The position numbers were made by a program, and so were the translations under genes. Below the pieces are notes generated by a model, which did not search any database, had not been told where the DNA came from, and was given only the letters and a program-made list of their open reading frames with translations. Of a stretch of DNA of 32,000 nt, positions 28,808 through 32,000 are shown piece after piece. The stretch lies in contig JADGIF010000022.1 of assembly GCA_018985225.1 (NCBI GenBank), positions 1-32,000 on the forward strand, read 5' to 3'. How positions within the stretch are numbered: the stretch's first letter is position 1; each line of letters begins with the position of its first letter. The stretch comes from Amoeboradix gromovi X-113. Lineage: Eukaryota > Fungi > Sanchytriomycota.

Positions 28808-31789
28808 TTAAAATTCATTAATTTTTACTAGCTTCTTGTTTATCATCTCATAGTAGCTGTCACCATCTACATACGTATGTGATACCATTAAAATTATTTT
28901 GTTTAGACCACGTAGCGCATTCACGACAATTGTAGTCATTTCCGCATCTAATGCACTTGTCATCTCGTCGAGCAGCAAAACCTCCACATTCTGCAAAAGG
29001 GCTCTCATTATGACTATTCTTTGTTTTTCACCTCCACTCAAATTCAGCTCAGAATTATTTTTGCGAAGTTTATTCCATAAATGCTTCATCTTAAATAACT
29101 CAAAATAGTTCTTCAATTTTGTATCATCTATTTCGTTTCCCATACAGATATTCTCATATATTGTTGTGTTCAAATAGCAATCATGCACGTATAATATCTT
29201 GCTATTGTAGTTTCTTATTATCTTACCTCTACATGGATACAGATTTGCAATAATCTTAAGCAATGTCGTCTTCCCTGCTCCACTTTGCCCTTTTATTACA
29301 TGTAATCCCTTGTAAAATGTTATGCTACAATCAACTATGATGTTTTCAAAACAAATGTTGTCCAGCTTGACATATTCAACTGGTGAGAAAATGTAGTTGT
29401 CAATTTCATTTAGGCTAATGTGGGTTTTTACGTAGTACATCAGTCTTCTAAGTATCGTCAGATTACCCAGATTCCCAATAAATGAACTAAGTTGTACTCC
29501 AGTCATAACTATTACTCCAACTACGATACTGCCATCTTCCTTACTTAGCGAACCGCTTAGTAGTAATAAACTAGTGAGATGTATTACTATTAGTAGTAAT
29601 ATTAGCGGCAATGCATCGAATATGCTGGACAACAACGACTTCAAAAACACAAATTTATTAAGTTCTGATAAATGTTTCAATTTATAATATTCCAACAGAC
29701 TGCTAATGTATTTGCGCTGATTAGAGTTTAGCATAATTATACTTGTTGATAAATCCTGAATAAACTGATAGTATTTTAATAATTTTAGTTCCAAGGATTG
29801 AAACTGTATGTTTATTAATTTAACTGCGGGTAATACACAGGCTACGAGAAATACTATATAGCCAGTATAGTGTTGTAGCATGTACACAACTACAGATCCA
29901 CTGGCAATTATAGTTGCAAATGTTTTAACAGTGGTCATGAGTACATGGCAGCTGTAATATTGGATATTACCAACATACTCGGTATAATATAACAAAAGAT
30001 CTGCATTGTAGTGTTTACTATATAATAACAAGTTTCTCAACTTAACTGACAAACGACTTTCTAAGAAATATGAGCTAAACTGTGTATTGCACTCAACAAA
30101 TGCATTTAGAGCACCTGCAATGCACAATTGCATAGAAACAGTGGATATGTCATCTGTGGTGAATAGCAATCCTATAAAATAGCCTTGAGCTGGTATCATT
30201 AGCCCACTTAAACAATGACAAGTCACAGCATAAAGAGTAAAGTAAACAGGCACAAGCCTAAAAATTTCAGCTAGAGTAGCTATGGTGCTCTGATATTCCA
30301 CTTGTTCCGAGGTGCTTGTTTGAGGTGGAAACACATTCACAGGATTTTCAGTCTTGTTAGGTTTTATGGACTTATTTGACGAAATTATCTTACCTTTTTG
30401 CAGTTCCAGGATTTTAAAGTCGTGATTAACGTTTAAATCATGGGAAACCATAATTATCTTGAGTTTTAAATCCATTATGTGGGCCAAAACAACATTTCTG
30501 TTACTGGAATCCAAATGACTCATCGGCTCGTCTAATAACAGCCATTCCTGATCTGCATACAGCAAATATCTTATTAAATGTATTCTTTGTAATTGTCCCA
30601 TTGAGAGATTGTTACAGGTCGCCTGCAAATCTAAATTTAGGTTGAATTTCATAATCAACTGGTTTAATTTATTCAACACGTTTAGTGGCACATCTTCTAT
30701 ACACTTGTAGAATGGCCCCATTAGCAATATATTATGCAGTATATTACAGTTTAGAAAGTGAATTTCTTGCGACACATATATAACTTTAGTTTTAGTAATC
30801 TCGCCCGTAAAAGGAAGCATACCGGCTATACACCTTAAGAATGTAGTCTTACCACTATTCGTATGTCCAACAACTAGCGTGTTTTGATCTATAGTAGTCG
30901 AAATATCATTTAAAATTAGATTGTTATTCAGTCTACAACTTAACCCACTGATTTTGATTTCAGAAGAAACAGGTAGCCGCTTGCTATCGAGATCAAATGA
31001 CTGATATAAATTACTGATTCTAGCAATAGATTCTTGTTTTCTCAGCTTTTCTTGATAATCTCTTAATATTCCACCAAGTTGTATAAGACTTAGCCCATAC
31101 AAGATCATGTCAATAGCAACATTAGAAAACAGCAGATGCAACAAACTAAGCATCGAAATGCTAGAAAATTGAAATAGCGACCATCCTATCGCACTGATAG
31201 ATGACTGGATAAACATTGAATGAATTGCAACATTCTGCGCAGAGTCAATTTTCTTCCGCAAGCTAGTAAATTGAACATGTAAGCAGAAGTTGGATATGTA
31301 CTCCGAGTAGTAATGAATACAATTTTGGCGGCTTTTAAGAAGCACTTTATAATTTTTATTAAGCAATTGCAAAACGACATATATGATAAACGCTGGAAAA
31401 GTAAACAATAAGGTAACCTTTATGACGGTAGTGTAGTCGTGCTTATATATCGTGAACAGCGTGACTAGCACTGTAGTGAGTGATTGTAGAGGATTCAACG
31501 GATTTCTAAGAATTGGAATGTTGATGCTCGAAATAGAGCTAAATTCAGATGGATCCATGTTTTGCGGGTATCGGAACAGTATATTAAGCAGCTTTGTGTG
31601 TGCACTCCAATGAAGATTGTAAATGTAAAATGCGTTGATTACACTTCGTATTAAAATATAAAATCCTAGCATTCTTAGTAATTCATACACCTCTGTTATA
31701 AGAAACTCTGACTTTAGCACTTTTACTATATGGGAAGTCAATTCGTTGAAACTAGAATGTATAATCGCCAAAAGCATCATTAACAGCAT
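28808..31789 (-). CDS. Divergent full-length ABC exporter (TMD-NBD-TMD-NBD, ABCB/C-like)
   Basis: NBD1: GHTNSGKTT, LSMGQ, LLLDEP, SHD. NBD2: GQSGAGKTT, LSGGE, LLLDEMTSALD, SH. Two hydrophobic domains. Confidence 0.85.
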   Translation of the reverse strand: MLLMMLLAIIHSSFNELTSHIVKVLKSEFLITEVYELLRMLGFYILIRSVINAFYIYNLHWSAHTKLLNILFRYPQNMDPSEFSSISSINIPILRNPLNPLQSLTTVLVTLFTIYKHDYTTVIKVTLLFTFPAFIIYVVLQLLNKNYKVLLKSRQNCIHYYSEYISNFCLHVQFTSLRKKIDSAQNVAIHSMFIQSSISAIGWSLFQFSSISMLSLLHLLFSNVAIDMILYGLSLIQLGGILRDYQEKLRKQESIARISNLYQSFDLDSKRLPVSSEIKISGLSCRLNNNLILNDISTTIDQNTLVVGHTNSGKTTFLRCIAGMLPFTGEITKTKVIYVSQEIHFLNCNILHNILLMGPFYKCIEDVPLNVLNKLNQLIMKFNLNLDLQATCNNLSMGQLQRIHLIRYLLYADQEWLLLDEPMSHLDSSNRNVVLAHIMDLKLKIIMVSHDLNVNHDFKILELQKGKIISSNKSIKPNKTENPVNVFPPQTSTSEQVEYQSTIATLAEIFRLVPVYFTLYAVTCHCLSGLMIPAQGYFIGLLFTTDDISTVSMQLCIAGALNAFVECNTQFSSYFLESRLSVKLRNLLLYSKHYNADLLLYYTEYVGNIQYYSCHVLMTTVKTFATIIASGSVVVYMLQHYTGYIVFLVACVLPAVKLINIQFQSLELKLLKYYQFIQDLSTSIIMLNSNQRKYISSLLEYYKLKHLSELNKFVFLKSLLSSIFDALPLILLLIVIHLTSLLLLSGSLSKEDGSIVVGVIVMTGVQLSSFIGNLGNLTILRRLMYYVKTHISLNEIDNYIFSPVEYVKLDNICFENIIVDCSITFYKGLHVIKGQSGAGKTTLLKIIANLYPCRGKIIRNYNSKILYVHDCYLNTTIYENICMGNEIDDTKLKNYFELFKMKHLWNKLRKNNSELNLSGGEKQRIVIMRALLQNVEVLLLDEMTSALDAEMTTIVVNALRGLNKIILMVSHTYVDGDSYYEMINKKLVKINEF

Positions 31790-31810
31790 TTTAAAATTCT
31801 CCGTCTCACA

Positions 31811-32000
31811 ATGGCAAATGATTCCTCCAGAAATGTTGTTAAAGGTCCAACTTCTGCGTTAACTAGCTTTTTAAGAAGTAGAGGCATAAATGCTAGGAAT
31901 ATGAATGCATATAGAACTAATATTGAAAGTGAGCCGCTGCCTGTGAATACCGAGCTGCCACAATCGCCTGAGGTGGAAGTAGTTGCAGAAGTGGAAGCGG
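31811..32000 (+). CDS. RAD7: DNA repair protein Rad7, 5' partial
   Basis: MANDSSRNVVKGPTSALTSFLRSRGI matches the Rad7 N-terminal GPxSALTxFL...GI motif. The frame is open to the window end. Confidence 0.75.
   Translation, partial: MANDSSRNVVKGPTSALTSFLRSRGINARNMNAYRTNIESEPLPVNTELPQSPEVEVVAEVEA

Noticed and set aside
1-32000. CRISPR array or prokaryotic operon
   Set aside because: No regularly spaced repeats; the genes are eukaryotic with spliceosomal introns.

Overview
AT-rich, very gene-dense eukaryotic DNA read in the standard code. It has few introns and intergenic gaps as short as about 20 bp. It is most consistent with a compact early-diverging (zoosporic) fungus, possibly a sanchytrid; that assignment is an inference. 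Housekeeping genes include C2CD5-like, a Sel1-repeat protein, an LRR membrane protein, APC1, PHF5A/RDS3, SGT1, prominin-like, GSTZ/maiA, thiolase, OLA1, bS21m, a class IV aminotransferase, ORM1, an ABC transporter, the RAD7 5' end and tRNA-Gln. The intergenic pockets hold decayed OMEGA-type (TnpB/Fanzor) elements from two apparent families. (1) A Fanzor2/IS607-like family has at least four remnants. Two of them share a structured 3' end (candidate omegaRNA) that ends at the same point and is followed by different flanks. (2) A Tc1/mariner-like TIR family carries a divergent CxxC...RD C-terminus, a possible Fanzor1. Also present are two 19-nt GT-AG introns and a box C/D snoRNA inside the PHF5A intron. 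No intact Fanzor ORF lies in the window. All homology calls come from recalled motifs, not database searches.
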